A DNA stretch of 7,609 bases from the NCBI GenBank assembly GCA_001600695.1, contig BCKQ01000017.1:301479-309087 (forward strand), given 5' to 3'. The notes beneath the pieces were generated by a model that was not told the DNA's origin, did no database searches, and saw only the letters and a list, made by a program, of their open reading frames with translations. The DNA is from Ascoidea asiatica JCM 7603 (taxonomy: Eukaryota > Fungi > Ascomycota). Below, piece after piece: positions 7,527 through 7,609 of this stretch. Position 1 is the first letter of the stretch. Every line of letters starts with the position of its first letter. The position numbers and the translations under genes are program-made.

Positions 7527-7555
7527 AATCGACTAATCGACTAATCGACTAATCG
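7527..7555. repeat. 8-bp tandem repeat (AATCGACT) x3.6
   Basis: Direct reading. Confidence 0.95.
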
Positions 7556-7570
7556 CTTAAATTGTGTAGT

Positions 7571-7609
7571 AGTTGATGTTGGATGACAGTTGATGTTGGA
7601 TGACAGTTG
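7571..7609. repeat. 17-bp tandem repeat (AGTTGATGTTGGATGAC) x2.3, cut by the window end
   Basis: Perfect copies at 7571-7587 and 7588-7604, partial copy at 7605-7609. Confidence 0.9.

Noticed and set aside
7527-7609. CRISPR array or transposon end
   Set aside because: The repeats are head-to-tail with no spacers, the context is eukaryotic, and no TIR or LTR features are visible.

Overview
Very AT-rich (Asn/Ser-rich proteins) intron-less genomic DNA of a budding yeast (Saccharomycotina; an Ascoidea-like lineage is a guess from composition only). It holds three loci. (1) The 5' part of an intact ATG1 kinase gene on the minus strand (398 -> off the left edge), which the ORF track missed. (2) A divergently oriented, heavily decayed SEF1 (Zn2Cys6 transcription factor) pseudogene on the plus strand (~1527-4155), which explains the short + ORFs at 1922, 2435, 3497 and 3835. 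(3) A convergent, intact SEC2 (Sec4 Rab GEF) gene on the minus strand (4361-6835). Two GC-richer promoter blocks share short motifs, and short perfect tandem duplications are frequent. I see no RNA gene, transposon or CRISPR array, and no clearly new multi-gene system. The most notable signal is the decay of SEF1, whose DNA-binding/dimerisation module is still open and one homopolymer base away from an ATG. All family assignments are from recalled sequence motifs, not from database searches.
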